64,000 nucleotides of DNA from Camelus ferus (Eukaryota). The stretch spans positions 81,036,001 to 81,100,000 of the forward strand of contig NC_045696.1 in the NCBI RefSeq assembly GCF_009834535.1, written 5' to 3'. The notes under the pieces were generated by a model, which made no database searches, had not been told where the DNA came from, and worked only from the letters and a program-made list of their open reading frames with translations. A program made the position numbers and the translations under genes. Below are positions 36,821-49,076 of this stretch, one piece after another (the first letter of the stretch is position 1; every line of letters starts with the position of its first letter).

Positions 36821-39800
36821 ATTATCAGAAATCAATAGTACATTTTCTGCCTGAGCACAAAAAAATGGCAGAGGAATTACTTCACCAGGTTTGTAGAATT
36901 TTATTTATCGAAAATAGAGAAACTGCTTTGTACATAAAACCATGGAGCTTCAAGGTAACTTTTTGGAATTCATCTTGTCCAACCCCCTTCAGTTCCTCCT
37001 CTGCAGGCAAATGACTATCGGAATCATCTAGGACAGATGGCTGTCCGGCATGGTAATCTCTCTCCACAAGCCTTTTCTATCTGAACATGTCCCAAGGGGT
37101 CAGTCTAGACATATACATTATTCAGATTTCTCTGCATGCAAGGTTTATAGAGTTCTATGTATGTTTTGTATAATCTATGTGGATACCTATATATAATATT
37201 ATGGATATAAACTATCTATGCGGGTGTATGAAATGCGTATATATATATACAGAGGCTACAGAAAACAATTCTACTCATTCAAACCCAGGGCCTGAGTCAT
37301 TCTTCCTTCAAGACATCACAGAATTAAAAGAAATGAAATGTGCCACCAGTGTGCTTTATTGCATACCAGGTGAGATCAGCCCAGAAAGCTTTTTGGAGAT
37401 TAGCATATATCTGAATCTGAACAGCTTGGCTGTCCTTAGCTTGGCCCACAGAGTAAGGACTTCAAGGCCAAGATTGGCCACTGCTGACTTCATCCTGTAA
37501 GTTTCTGCCAGGACTCACTCACTTTTCTATTTGAACAGAATTGGATGACCTCTGCTTGTCTTTCTCCCTCTACCCCTCACTCCCTTCTCTGCCTGGCTAT
37601 TTCTTTCTCTATTGAAACCTAGATTTAATAATTGACCTCATCTGGAGGATTTGCATGCATTCTTCCAGCTACGTTTTTCATGCTTGTGTTATAAATGACG
37701 TGGGGTTTTCTTTCTACTTGCTCACTAAACTGTGGGCTCCTTGAGGCCAGAGGCTGGGTCTTGTTCATCTCTGAGTCCATAGTCCCCGTTGGTTGAATAA
37801 ATGCATGAATGAGAGAATGAGTGAATGGTGTGGACTGAGCACTGGGTTCTATGTCCATGTCTTATTAGTTCTGTGACTTTGGATCCGTCATTTAACCATT
37901 ATTAATTCAAAAATGGGAATGATCACAACTGCTTGCCTTCCTTATATACAGGTTTCAAAAAGCAATAAAGTATTTATGGCAGTGCTTTGAAAACCATAAA
38001 GCACTACACAAATATGCTATTCTGTGATTAAATAGAATTTTATGGGAAACTTGATTCTACCAGCATTTGACCCCAGTGATTGTACCTAGTAGGAAATGAT
38101 CCTGAGAGGAAAAGAAAAAACATCAGAAGTCCTCTTTTTAATAGTACTTTTTCTTTTTTATGTGCCAGAGTGACGTTACATTGACCTCTGATGGAATATA
38201 TCTGACCCTCTGATGTCCTGGGTTGACCTTTGCCCCAGTATAAGCATTCATTTCAGATGAGGTGAGCTCCGCCTAGAAGCTTTTTGGGGATTAGTTTATT
38301 TCTAGACCAGTATCAGGTACCAGCATTATTCATTAAAACCACTTTTCTTTTTAAACTTTTTTCTCCTCTTTATGGATTAACCATTATTCAAATAAAAGCG
38401 CATTTATTGTGCCTGTGCCTTTTCAAAGTTTGTGTGGGGGTGGGGTCGGGGAGGGAGTGGGCGCCTGAAATGATACACTAGTACTAGTCCAGTGTTTAAA
38501 ACCTTCTGGTCAGAGGTCTCATGGGCTGAAAGAAATCTTGAAGCATTGTTAATTCATTACCCCAGAGTATTTAATTAAATCTGGTCTTAAATGAGAGTTT
38601 AGTAAAGTTGCATGAATTGGTAAGATAACAGTATCTTAAAATGATAACAGCATAGCAGTTTTAAAATTAGATACATTTGATGTTTTTTAGAGACATTAAA
38701 CAGGTGTTTGCTTTGCCATGACATTGCCTCATAATAAACTAGGGTGTAGTGGTAGTTATCAGAACATCAGAGAAATATGCATAATCATTTTCAGTATTCA
38801 TTATTAACTGGAGTAATCTTAGTACAAAAGCTCATATAAGTCATGGTTTGCTGTTTGCATAATTAGCTACTTAGGAGGTCATGGAATATTTTGTGGATGA
38901 AAGAATACCCAAGAATACTTTTCCTTCATGGAAATATCAAATTTTCCCCCCTTATCTGTAAGGTTCTTTGAAATCTCATAATTCTGAGTCTTGCCGGTTG
39001 GCCCTTTCTTCTTTCATGTCTTTACCCTGGAATTAATCTTCCAGGCCCTTCTTGTTCTATGCCATTCCTTTGTTCAGTGATAGTGGGTCTAAAGTCCACC
39101 CAGCTTTGAGCTACTGTGATTGGAGCATGGCAGCCATTCCCAGCTGAGTGTAATCAATCTGAGTCTGTGTTTCTTATAGAAATTGGGAAAACTTGTATCT
39201 GAAAGATGCTTTCCTGTCAGATTGTTCTTCCATGTCTGTGGGGGAAGGAGCACTGTGAGAACAGGGCCTGAACTAGCAGTGTGCTGACAATTCCAAGAAA
39301 ATCTAGGTGATATTTTTGAATGAAATGTTATTCTGCACATATAAATACAAGGTTCTTCGTGGAGAGAGAGGAAGGACTTAAAAAGAAAATGTTGGATGAA
39401 TTCTGCTTGTAATTTCTTCCATTCTGGAGAAAGATGATTATCTTTCTACTTTTTTACATGCCCAGATTGCCTCCACTTGTCTCAAGGGGGTGCCTGGAAA
39501 TTCTCAAAACACATTTATTTTACCCCAATCTTTAAAATCCTGGCCTTGATATCTATCGCATGGGTCCTCTTGTCTCCAGCTGTCCTGCTGCAGTTACTCT
39601 CCCCTGGGTGGCCCCTGTGACAAGACTTGTCTCCTAAGTCCCTACCACCAGCCTTCTTCTGATCAGTCTCCTGTATATACTGCAGCCACGTTAGTCTTCC
39701 TAAAGCACAGTTTCAATCTGGGTATTTTTATTCACGGCCTTCTCTGACTCCTCACAGTCTACAGACCAAAGACTGAACTCTTTATGTAAAGACCAGCTAA

Positions 39801-40649
39801 AATTCAGCTGGGCCCCACACCATGCCCTGCAGTTTTAATGACCATCCCTTCTTACCTGCCACAGGGAACATCTCCCTTCTCCCCATGGATGCTCTTTTAG
39901 GGGTGCCCTATCTTATTGTCTTTTTCTGTACCCTCTACTCCAACACTCAACATTCAAATGGCTCCTTGTCCACAAAATTTTTCTTGAATCTTTCAGCTAG
40001 AAATTATCCCTCTCATGTAAATCCTTTCCAAATTGACCTCATACCTTTTTTTAGAACACTCAGAACTTTCTTCCTTGAATTTTATCTACTACTATACAGC
40101 AAGCTTTCATGAAGGCAATGTATATTTTTGATTTTCTTAGGAATCCCACCAGGATGATCCCTGGGGCTTCAGGGCCCAGAAAATGTTGGTTGTGAATGGG
40201 AGCAAAGACTGCTGAATTGTTAAAAGTTTGTTTCATTTTTTTTAAAAAAGCCTTTTATTCTCATTATAAAAGAAACACATGATCATTACAGAAATTTGGG
40301 AAATGGAAAAAAGCAAAAAGAATTGCTTCTCTATTACTGATTCTCAATGATAACCACAGATACATTTTGGTATATGACTTAGTAGTTTTTTCTCTGCATA
40401 GCTAAACAGATAGCTTTTAAAAAATTAAGATTGCTGACTCGCTTTTCTGTACACCTGAAACTAACATTCTAAATCAACAGCACTTCAATAAAAAAATAAA
40501 ATAAAATAAATTAAGATCATATTGGATATATTATCTGCAACCTGTTTTTTTAAACTTAACCTTTTTGCGTGCTATTCATGTTCTCCTATGGCATAATTTT
40601 TAAAAATTCTTTATCATGGGGAATTTAAAGCTTTTGTAAAAGTAGAAAG

Positions 40650-41250
40650 AATATTGGAATGCTGATACACTGCTGGTGGGAATGTAAAATGAGGCATTCC
40701 ACTTTGGAAAACACGTTGGCAGTTCCTCAAAATGTTAAATAGAGAGTTACTATGTGACCCAGTAATTCCACCTCTAGGTGTATACAAAAGAGAATTGAAA
40801 ACGTATATCCACACAAAAACTTGTATACAGATGTTTTTAGTAGCACAATTCATAATAACCAAAGAGTGGAAACAACTCAAATATCCATCAGTTGATGAAT
40901 AAATAAGCAAAAAGTAGTATATCCGTAAGATGGCATATCATTTGGTAATAAAAAGAACTTTTGATGAACATTATGCAGCGAAAGAAGCCAGACACAAAAG
41001 GCCACATGTTAAATGATTCCATTTATATGAAATGTCCAGAATAGGCAAATCCATAGAGACAGAAAGTAGATTAGTGGTTGCTGGAGCTGGAGGAGGTGGG
41101 GGGAGTAGGAAGTGACTGCTAATGTCCTAAAATTAGATAATGGTGATGGTAGCTCAACTCCATGCGTATACTACAAATCACTTGAACACTTCAAAAAAAG
41201 GGTGAATTTTATGGAATGTGAATTAAATCTAAATTAAACTATTATTTTAA
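40650..41250 (+). mobile_element. L1MB-like 3' region
   Basis: tgctggtgggaatgtaaaatg...gacccagtaattccacctctaggt...gaaatgtccagaataggcaaatccatagagacagaaagtagattagtggttgc. Confidence 0.9.
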
Positions 41251-43665
41251 AAAGCAGACAGTATAATGAGACCCCAACTTAACAATTACCCACTCATACC
41301 CAATCTTGCTTTATCTACACCCCCTTCCATATCCTCCCCTACTTTATTTTGAAGCATCATATCCATTTACTTGTAAATATTTTAGTATGTATTTCTAAAG
41401 GATAAACACTCCTAAAAATACATAACCATAATACTATTATCATGTCTAAAAATTAGTATGTAATTTTTAATTTCTTCAAATATCCAGTCAGTGTTCAAAT
41501 TTCTAATCTTATGTTTTAAGGATTGCTTAGCATTTTATTGTGGGAATGTACCATAATATATTTAACCAATTCCTATTGGTGAAACTTTTTGTTATTTTCA
41601 ACTTTTCAACTCTTGTATTTAGTGCTTTTATAATCAAACACCCTTATAGACAAATCTTTGTATATATCATTTTTATACATTTGTTGTTACAATTATTTAT
41701 CCTTATATACAAGTTTTTGTATACATCTCTATTTCCTTAGAATAAATTTTTAGCAGTGCAATTTACAGTGAAAGTTAAAAGTGATCTGTAAGGCTCCCGA
41801 CATTGTCAGATTACCTCCCAATTTCCTGTGAGGTAAGTGTGTATCATTTACGGATGAGCACACGAGGCTTAGAAAAATCAGTTCATTTACCAAAGGTCAT
41901 AGAGCTACTAAATGGCCAAGCTTATGACTGACCTGTCCCAACACCAGTGCCCGTGGTAACTCACATGGTCAGTATTTGACTCATGGACCTTGTCGTGATA
42001 TCAGAATTAGCTGACTGTTATCTCCCTGGGTTCACAGATTTCCCAGGTACCTTTTGTTTTGGGCATAAGATCTCTTTGATGAGCATAGTTGTGTCTTAAG
42101 CATTATTTCCAAGGTATTTCTTCCTTGTGATTTTGTTTTTTAAATAACCAAGGTCAGCTTAGAATATGTGAATTGTTCTTTTTATTGTCTTTAAAAAAAA
42201 CTATATAAAATATGAACCATTTTGGGATTAACCGTGATTTCCTTGTACATTGTGTATAAGGTATGTTTACATTTAATCTGCCATGCTCTTTGGAAACCAT
42301 CCAACAAATGTGTTTGGAAGGTGCGTGGAATCAGGCTCAAAGGTTTCCATTTTTAAAGAATTGGAGGCCACTGAGTTTATGATTATCATAGAAGATAGCA
42401 AGATGAGCCAGAAGATGTGTTCGAACAGGGGCCATTCTCAAGCCTTTATCTGCCAGACAACCATTAAAATAAAAATCTGGAGTTACACTTTTTTTCAGAT
42501 GGATATAGATATTTTAAGATTATGATAGAGAAAATGGAAGATGGAGCTGGCAACCAAAAGAGTAAAGAGCCCCGTGTTTTCAACCACACTCTACTTTCCA
42601 CCTGGTTTATAAGTAAGAAACTATTAGAATCAACACAACTTTGTGGTTCTCAGTCTTGTGGAGGCCAGCTGCCTTGATTTACTAGATTTTATAACCTAAC
42701 CCTCCATTTAAAATGCTTATAAATTATTTATGCCTAGGGTAAAAATCAGAGCTTCACATGGACATGGTTTCATCATTTCTACTTCTAGGTTTTTTTCTTT
42801 TTTTTTTAGCCGCTTGTAATCAAATTATAGCAGTGTGGTGGGTGGAATAGGTTGTAAGCAGTAATTGCAAACTGTATTTAAATAATAATATTTAGCCTTT
42901 ATAGAGCACTTTATATCTTCAAAGTACTTGCAAACATTATCTAATTAAATACCCTCTCTGATTATAATCTGGATATAAATGCACTAAAATCCAGAGCAAG
43001 GTCATGAGAAAAGTATGCATTTGAAAGTTAATGCTAGCTGTGCTTTAAAAACCTATGCAGTAATTGAAGAGTTAGAGTTTGGGATTCCTTTGAATTGTTT
43101 TTGTGCATCCTTTTGTTTAGCCTGGTGGTGGGTTTAGATTATATCTGCACCTTGTCAATGTGTCTGCTTGGTTTCTGATCATTAAGGACTGAAGTATTGA
43201 TCATCTGGTCCTTACAGACACTAAAATATTAACAATATAAATAAGCTTTAAAATGGGCTTTCTTACTACATTTCGTGCCCTGGCCTCAGATGAAGCTCCC
43301 ATTAGTAAGTGAAATGAAGTGGGGTAGTGCGAGGAAGAATGGCTATGCATTGTGGTTTAGTAATTTCCATCTGAGAAAAATACATTAAACTACGCAGTAG
43401 GATACATCATCAAGAAATGCACTGGTGAAATGAAGCATCTTTAGTTCCACTGTACTCACGACTTCTTTCTGTTTTGGACATGTGTCCGTGTATTGTACCC
43501 TTGCATCCATGTCCTGTGTTGGCAATGTCGAGAGTGTTTGGAGCAAGGATGAGTGTGGCTTACCCAGTAGGTAGAAGAGGATTCTACAGCTGGTAGATTT
43601 TCAGCAAATGTTATCCTATGCCTTGTGAGGTTCTAAGAGCTGGCTGATAGGCTAACTGCCTAAAC

Positions 43666-43832
43666 CGTGGTTCTCAAAGTGAGATCCTCATTTCAGCAGT
43701 TTCAAAATCATCTCTTTGGTTCTGCCTCTCTGACCTACTGAATCAGAAACTCTGGGAATGGGACCCAGCAATTTGTGCTTTAAGAAGCCCTCCAGGTAAT
43801 TAGATGCACGTTAGAGTTTTAGAAACGCTAGC
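43666..43832. mobile_element. MER5A (hAT-Charlie)
   Basis: gtggttctcaaagtg...gacctactgaatcagaaactctggg..tggg.cccagcaatttgtg.tttaagaagccctccaggt. Confidence 0.82.
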
Positions 43833-46236
43833 CAAAATGTTTAAAAAGACAGTCTTCTTTTTGTTTCTTTCATATTGATTTCACTCATTCATTTAACAAA
43901 TACTGATTGAGTATCTGCTGTGTACCTGGCATTGTTCTAGATGTAGCGGGGTTGTTAATGGAGACACACACATGAATACAGGTGAATCATGGAAGTATAT
44001 GTGAAAGAAATCATAAAAATACAGGTTGCTTTGGAAAAACAGACTATATCCACAGAAATCTGAGTATGCCTAAAAATGATGCAGAGTAGGAAATAGTGAT
44101 TTATATAAGATAACTAACTTTTTCTTAAGGCATATGGCTTCAGATTGTGGAAGGGACATACTTTTTGGAATATGGACTTAAGATTCACACTAATATCATA
44201 TGCATGTGAATTATTTCTAAGAAAGGGGGATACTTGAAATGGTATCAAGCATCAGCTACTACCATTTCAACTGATTATCCTGGACTGTTCTTTGCACTGA
44301 GATTTTTTTTTTTTTATTAGCACATTTATTCAAGGGGCAGGAAAAGCCCTACCCCTCTGATCAAGAAGATGCATCCTTCTGGTATTAATTTCTTGCTTTT
44401 CCCTATGGACCTGTGGGGATTCAGTTTAAAGCCTCAGAAAGTGCTGACATTTGCCTGGAAGCTGAAAAAAAATATATATATTCACATTCACACACCCTTT
44501 CAGCCCTTCTTTAGTTTGCAGCTTGAAATCTTTGGGTTGTTTATTTTTTGAGACTTGGAAAATGGAATGGAGGTTTGGAATCTAGACAGCAGGTTAGAGG
44601 ATTTCCTTCTGAGAAATACCACAGACTTTCCTTGTCACAACAATCCATAAACATCTCTTACCTAGCCACAAAGATGTCCTATGTTGTTATTTAATCTACA
44701 GTTCTTAGATAAACACACTGCTTATATTGCATGTCTTTTTATTTTTGGGGAAGGTTGATGACAATTATGATCATTAAGGGAACTTTGTGCACAACTTGAT
44801 AATGACCATATATCAAAATTTTACTCACTTTTGGGGAAGATGCTTTCAAAAAATTGAATTCAAAGACCCTTCTTGGAAGACCTATGTTAAAGGAAAGAGA
44901 TGATTAGGAAGTAATCATTAGACTGGATATAAAAAATACCTGGTTAAAGATGATTAGGTTTTTTTGCAATATTGACAATTGGGGGGGCATATCCAACTTT
45001 CTCAGAAGGGGTCTTAAATCATTTAAATCAGAGATGTGAATTACTCTTTAGATGGGGAAGTGAATTAATTGCATTATTAAGAGGTTCTATCTGTGACCAA
45101 GATTGGGACAGTTTTCTTTCTAGTACTGGTGGTATCTTAGGCTCTGAGGAAACTATGAATTTGAAATGGCTTCTTTGCAGCTGTTTGCATGGTTGAAAGG
45201 GTCCTTTGAGTTCAGGAGTGCTGTGGTTTACCATTTCAACTCCTTAGGGTTCGTAAGGTCAAAGCCAAGTGTCTGCTGTTCCTAAAAGGCCACGCACCCT
45301 TCTTCTGTTTTCTTCGAGGTGGTAGCTCTAGCACCAGTCAGGTAGAACATGGTTTTCTTTCCATACAAACAAATAAATAAAAGCACGGCTGCGCTCTCCT
45401 GCAGCTTCACACCCAGATGCTGCTCTGGGAAGGAACAGCGCACACGCTCTTTGGTCTGAACAATGTGTATGTTCTCTCTGTGAGTATTTTAAAGATGTAA
45501 CATGTGCTGGTATTGTAGTCATCATTTCTGGAATATAAACAGCTTTTATTTTTGGAGAAGAACAGATGTAAAAGTGTGAAATACAAAAGTCTACACATCT
45601 TGGCAGGGGGAAGGGGAGGAGGAACAAGGTTTCTTTCAAATCATGGGAACCCAATCTTAGTTACTCCTTTGTTTTCCTTGAGTGACTGAAAATTAGCAGG
45701 GGAAATCTCCTGGAACCTGACCAGCTGGGTACCAAAACCTCCACTTAGCTGATTGCACCAGAAAGAGTGCGAGTGGGTCATTAGCATAGGTCCTTGGAGG
45801 TCTTCATCTCTAGGAGCAAAAAGCGCCCCTCCTAAGAAGGAAGGCTGTTGGTGGAGATAAATACATATGATACGTTCAGTGAAATATATGTGGTAACTTT
45901 TAAGTAAAATGTTAGAGAGACAGAGATCCAAGCCCCAGACAGGGGAGTTGTTTTCTAGATTGGAAAACTGTACATGGAAGGGGTTTGAGAGCCTGGTGTT
46001 CTTCTGTGGTCTCTGAACCAAAGCTCCTGCCAGTCCTCTGGGTGCCCACCCCTTCTTTTAATTTGTGACTCTGTTTGTAAAAGGTACCTGGGGTTTTCAA
46101 AGCAGCAGGGGCATTCCTGTGACTAACCTCTTTTCCCTTGAGGCCAGGTCTGTTCCTTTTCTTTTCTAGAAACAGGGTCTCATCTTGGTAACTCATCACC
46201 TGACTCAATGCAAGTTGCATCAGATTTAAAGAAACA

Positions 46237-46419
46237 AAGGGAGAGTATAGCTCAGTGGTAGAGTGCATGCTTAGAATGCATAAGGTCCTGGGTTCAATCC
46301 CCAGTACCTCCATTAAAGATAAATAAATAAAAACCTAATTATTTCCCCCCCAAATTAAGCAATAAATAAAAATTAAAAATGTGAAATTATAAAAAATGCT
46401 CAGAAAAAAAAAGGAATAA
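46237..46419 (+). mobile_element. tRNA-derived SINE (camelid Vic-1-like) with TSD
   Basis: gggagagtatagctcagtggtagagtgcatgcttag...gggttcaatccccagtacctcc plus A-rich tail. TSD TTAAAGAAACA at 46226-46236 and 46420-46430. Confidence 0.92.
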
Positions 46420-46847
46420 TTAAAGAAACAGTCCCCTGCCTGGCCTTCTTTCTGTGTTCCTGGCTGTGGTTACTGCCTTTTGTAAGTTGTTACCGGTTTG
46501 TAGGATTCACAATTAAGATTTTGTCCCTGTGGAAACTCTGGTGTGAGAAGTGCATTCTCATTTGTCATGCTCGGTTCCTTGATAACTCCCCTTTGGCAAA
46601 TATTTTTGGGCAAATTTTCTATGATTAGGTCTACATGCTTCTTTTCGTATTGCACTATTAAATGATTTTAAGCAGGTTTCTAATGAACATCCCTGATAAT
46701 TTCTTTTCTAAATTTCCATGAAATTTGGAATGTGAGTAAATTACAAGGCCACATGAACTCCACAGTTCACAAAAATGCTAGTTCAAGTTTTATCAGGCTG
46801 TGCTTCACATCATAATAATTTTGAACCTGGATTTTAAAATATACCCA

Positions 46848-47420
46848 AGAATGTGGATAAACTGGAATGCTCATACGTTGCTCCTTGGAATGTAAAACAG
46901 TTAAGCCACATTGGAAAATAGTTCGGCTGTTTCTGAAAAAGTTAAACGTAAATTTATTATATGACCCAGCAATTCCACTTCTGAATATCCACCCAAGAGA
47001 AATGAAAACATATGTCCAGGCAAAAATTTGTACATCGCAACATTATTCATGATAGCCAAAAAAATGGAAACAGCCCAGATATCTCTTAAGTGATGAATAG
47101 GTAAACAAAATGTGGTGGAAGACAGTGGAATACTATTCGGCAGTAAGAAAGAATGAAGTTTTGATACCCAGTCCAACATGATGGTATGCTAAGTAAAAGA
47201 AGGCAGACACAGAAGATCACACATTGTATAATGCCGTTTATGTGAAATGTCCAGAAAAGTTAAATCTATAGAAACAGAAAGTAGATTACTGGTTGGTTAG
47301 TGCTGGAGAGGAAAACAGGGACTGACTGCAGGTGGGTGAGCGTGGTCTTTTTGAGGAGCTAGAATATGTTCTAAAATTGGACGGTGGTAACGAGTGAATT
47401 ACACCTCAATAAAGCTGTTA
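46848..47420 (+). mobile_element. L1MB/MC-like 3' region
   Basis: ORF 46867 reads [30 protein letters not shown], followed by L1M 3' UTR motifs ending ctcaataaagctgtt. Confidence 0.88.
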
Positions 47421-47727
47421 AAATATTATATGTCTGAGACATTACTTCATAGTTGGACCAGCTCCATACAGCACGAGGGCACATTCCGCAGTCAGGGTAC
47501 TCTGGTATTTCTAGGAAGACCATCTCTTCAACTCCTTGAAGGACAGGGATTCTGGTCCTGTCTTCTGCTTTCTGCTTGTCTTCATGTCATCCCTTATTCT
47601 GAAGGACTTCTTGAACTTTATAATCGTAATCGTAATAATTTCCTTCAAGATAAGGTAGATAAGGCCGAGATAACTTATCTCTCCTTCCAGAGAAAGGAGG
47701 ACTTTGGAGCCAGGACTAAGGTAAATA

Positions 47728-48532
47728 CAGTAGTGCCCCCTTATCCATGGGGAACACGATCGAAGACCCCCAGTTGATGCCTGAGACTGCAGACAGTACC
47801 AAACCCTATATATACAATGTTTTTTCCTATGCATACCTATGACACGGTTTAATTTCTAAATTAGGCACAGTAAGAGACCAACAACAGTAAGTAATAATGA
47901 AATAGAATAATTATAACAATATAGTGTAGTAAAAGTTATGTGAATGTGGTCTCTCTCTCTCTCAAAATATCTTGTATAAATTTAGTGTCTTTTCCATCTT
48001 AACTAAGCACTTACCATGCACTGTGGCCATAACTTTGCAGTTTAAGGTGCAACAGCAAAACTAGCACAAATTTCTTTTTCTTCCTTCACAATTTCACAAA
48101 TACAAGATTTGTTCTTACGGTAGATCTTAGCAACCTGTGCATGTAATTTTTTTCTTATTGAGAACTTTCACCTCTTCACTTAAAGGAAGCACTCTACAGC
48201 AGCCTCTCTTTGGCCAGCATCACTAGTCTTGCTTTTGGGAGACATTATTAGGTAAAAAGGGTTACATGAGCTCAGACACTGCGATGATGTGACAGTTGAT
48301 CTGATAAAGAGGTGGCTACTAAGGGGCGGATACCTGGACAAAGGGATGATTAAGGCCTCGGGCGGGATGAAGTGGGATGACGAGATTTCATCACGCTACT
48401 CAGAAGGGCATGCAATTTAAAACTGATGAATTGTTTATTTCTGGAATTTTCCATGTAATATTTTCAGACCACGGTTGACCATGGGTAACTGAAACCACAG
48501 AAAGCAAAACTGCAAAGACAGGGGGACCACTG
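47728..48532. mobile_element. MER44/Tigger7-type TcMar-Tigger non-autonomous transposon
   Basis: Terminal inverted repeats CAGTAGTGCCCCCTTATCC...ACAGGGGGACCACTG, flanked by TA at 47726-47727 and 48533-48534. Internal sequence resembles MER44. Confidence 0.88.
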
Positions 48533-48876
48533 TATTCTTGTCTAAAACCACTCCTTACTGGACTACTTTTAATTCTTAGAACGTTTCCGGCTGTTACTCA
48601 CCCCTATGCTGCCTGGCTTCTCCTCCAGTCCCTACTGTTGACAGATAATTTATCTGTCTCCACACCCATCCCCAAGGGGAGACCGTAGTCTCTACAGAGA
48701 CAGGATCTAGGTTTTGTTTTCCTCATATCTAGTTATTAATGAAATGAATGATTTTGCATGTCTTACAGCACAAGGCTAAACTCCTTAATTTAGCAAGACC
48801 TTCTGTGATCTAACCATTCCCCACTTCTTCACAGTATCAGCACTCGCCACCCCACTCCCTCTCTAGACACTAACCC

Positions 48877-49076
48877 AGTGTTTTTCAAGTTGTGATGAGT
48901 TGAAGAGTGAGTTAAATGGGTTGCAATCACCCAGTCAGCCCTGGAAAAACAATTTACTAGAATGGTGTAGAAAAATTCCTGTTCACATTACTGTATTGTA
49001 TATGTGTGTGTACTGGGTCACAATGTAGAATGTATTTCTTACAGCGTACGGGGACTGGAAGTTTGAAGTTCACTGC
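48877..49076. mobile_element. Small hAT-Charlie-type element
   Basis: Termini cagtgtttttcaag...tttgaagttcactg, internal gtactgggtcacaatgtagaatgtatttcttac. Confidence 0.6.

Noticed and set aside
44303..44370. Minus-strand AATAAA followed by A13, a possible processed-pseudogene tail
   Set aside because: No TSD and no recognisable parent mRNA or ORF, so it is compatible with a simple T-run.
46239..46311. tRNA-Ala-like sequences (also at ~9910 and ~54100) as tRNA genes
   Set aside because: They are followed by SINE body and A-rich tails, two have flanking TSDs, and the stems are degenerate, so they are SINE heads.
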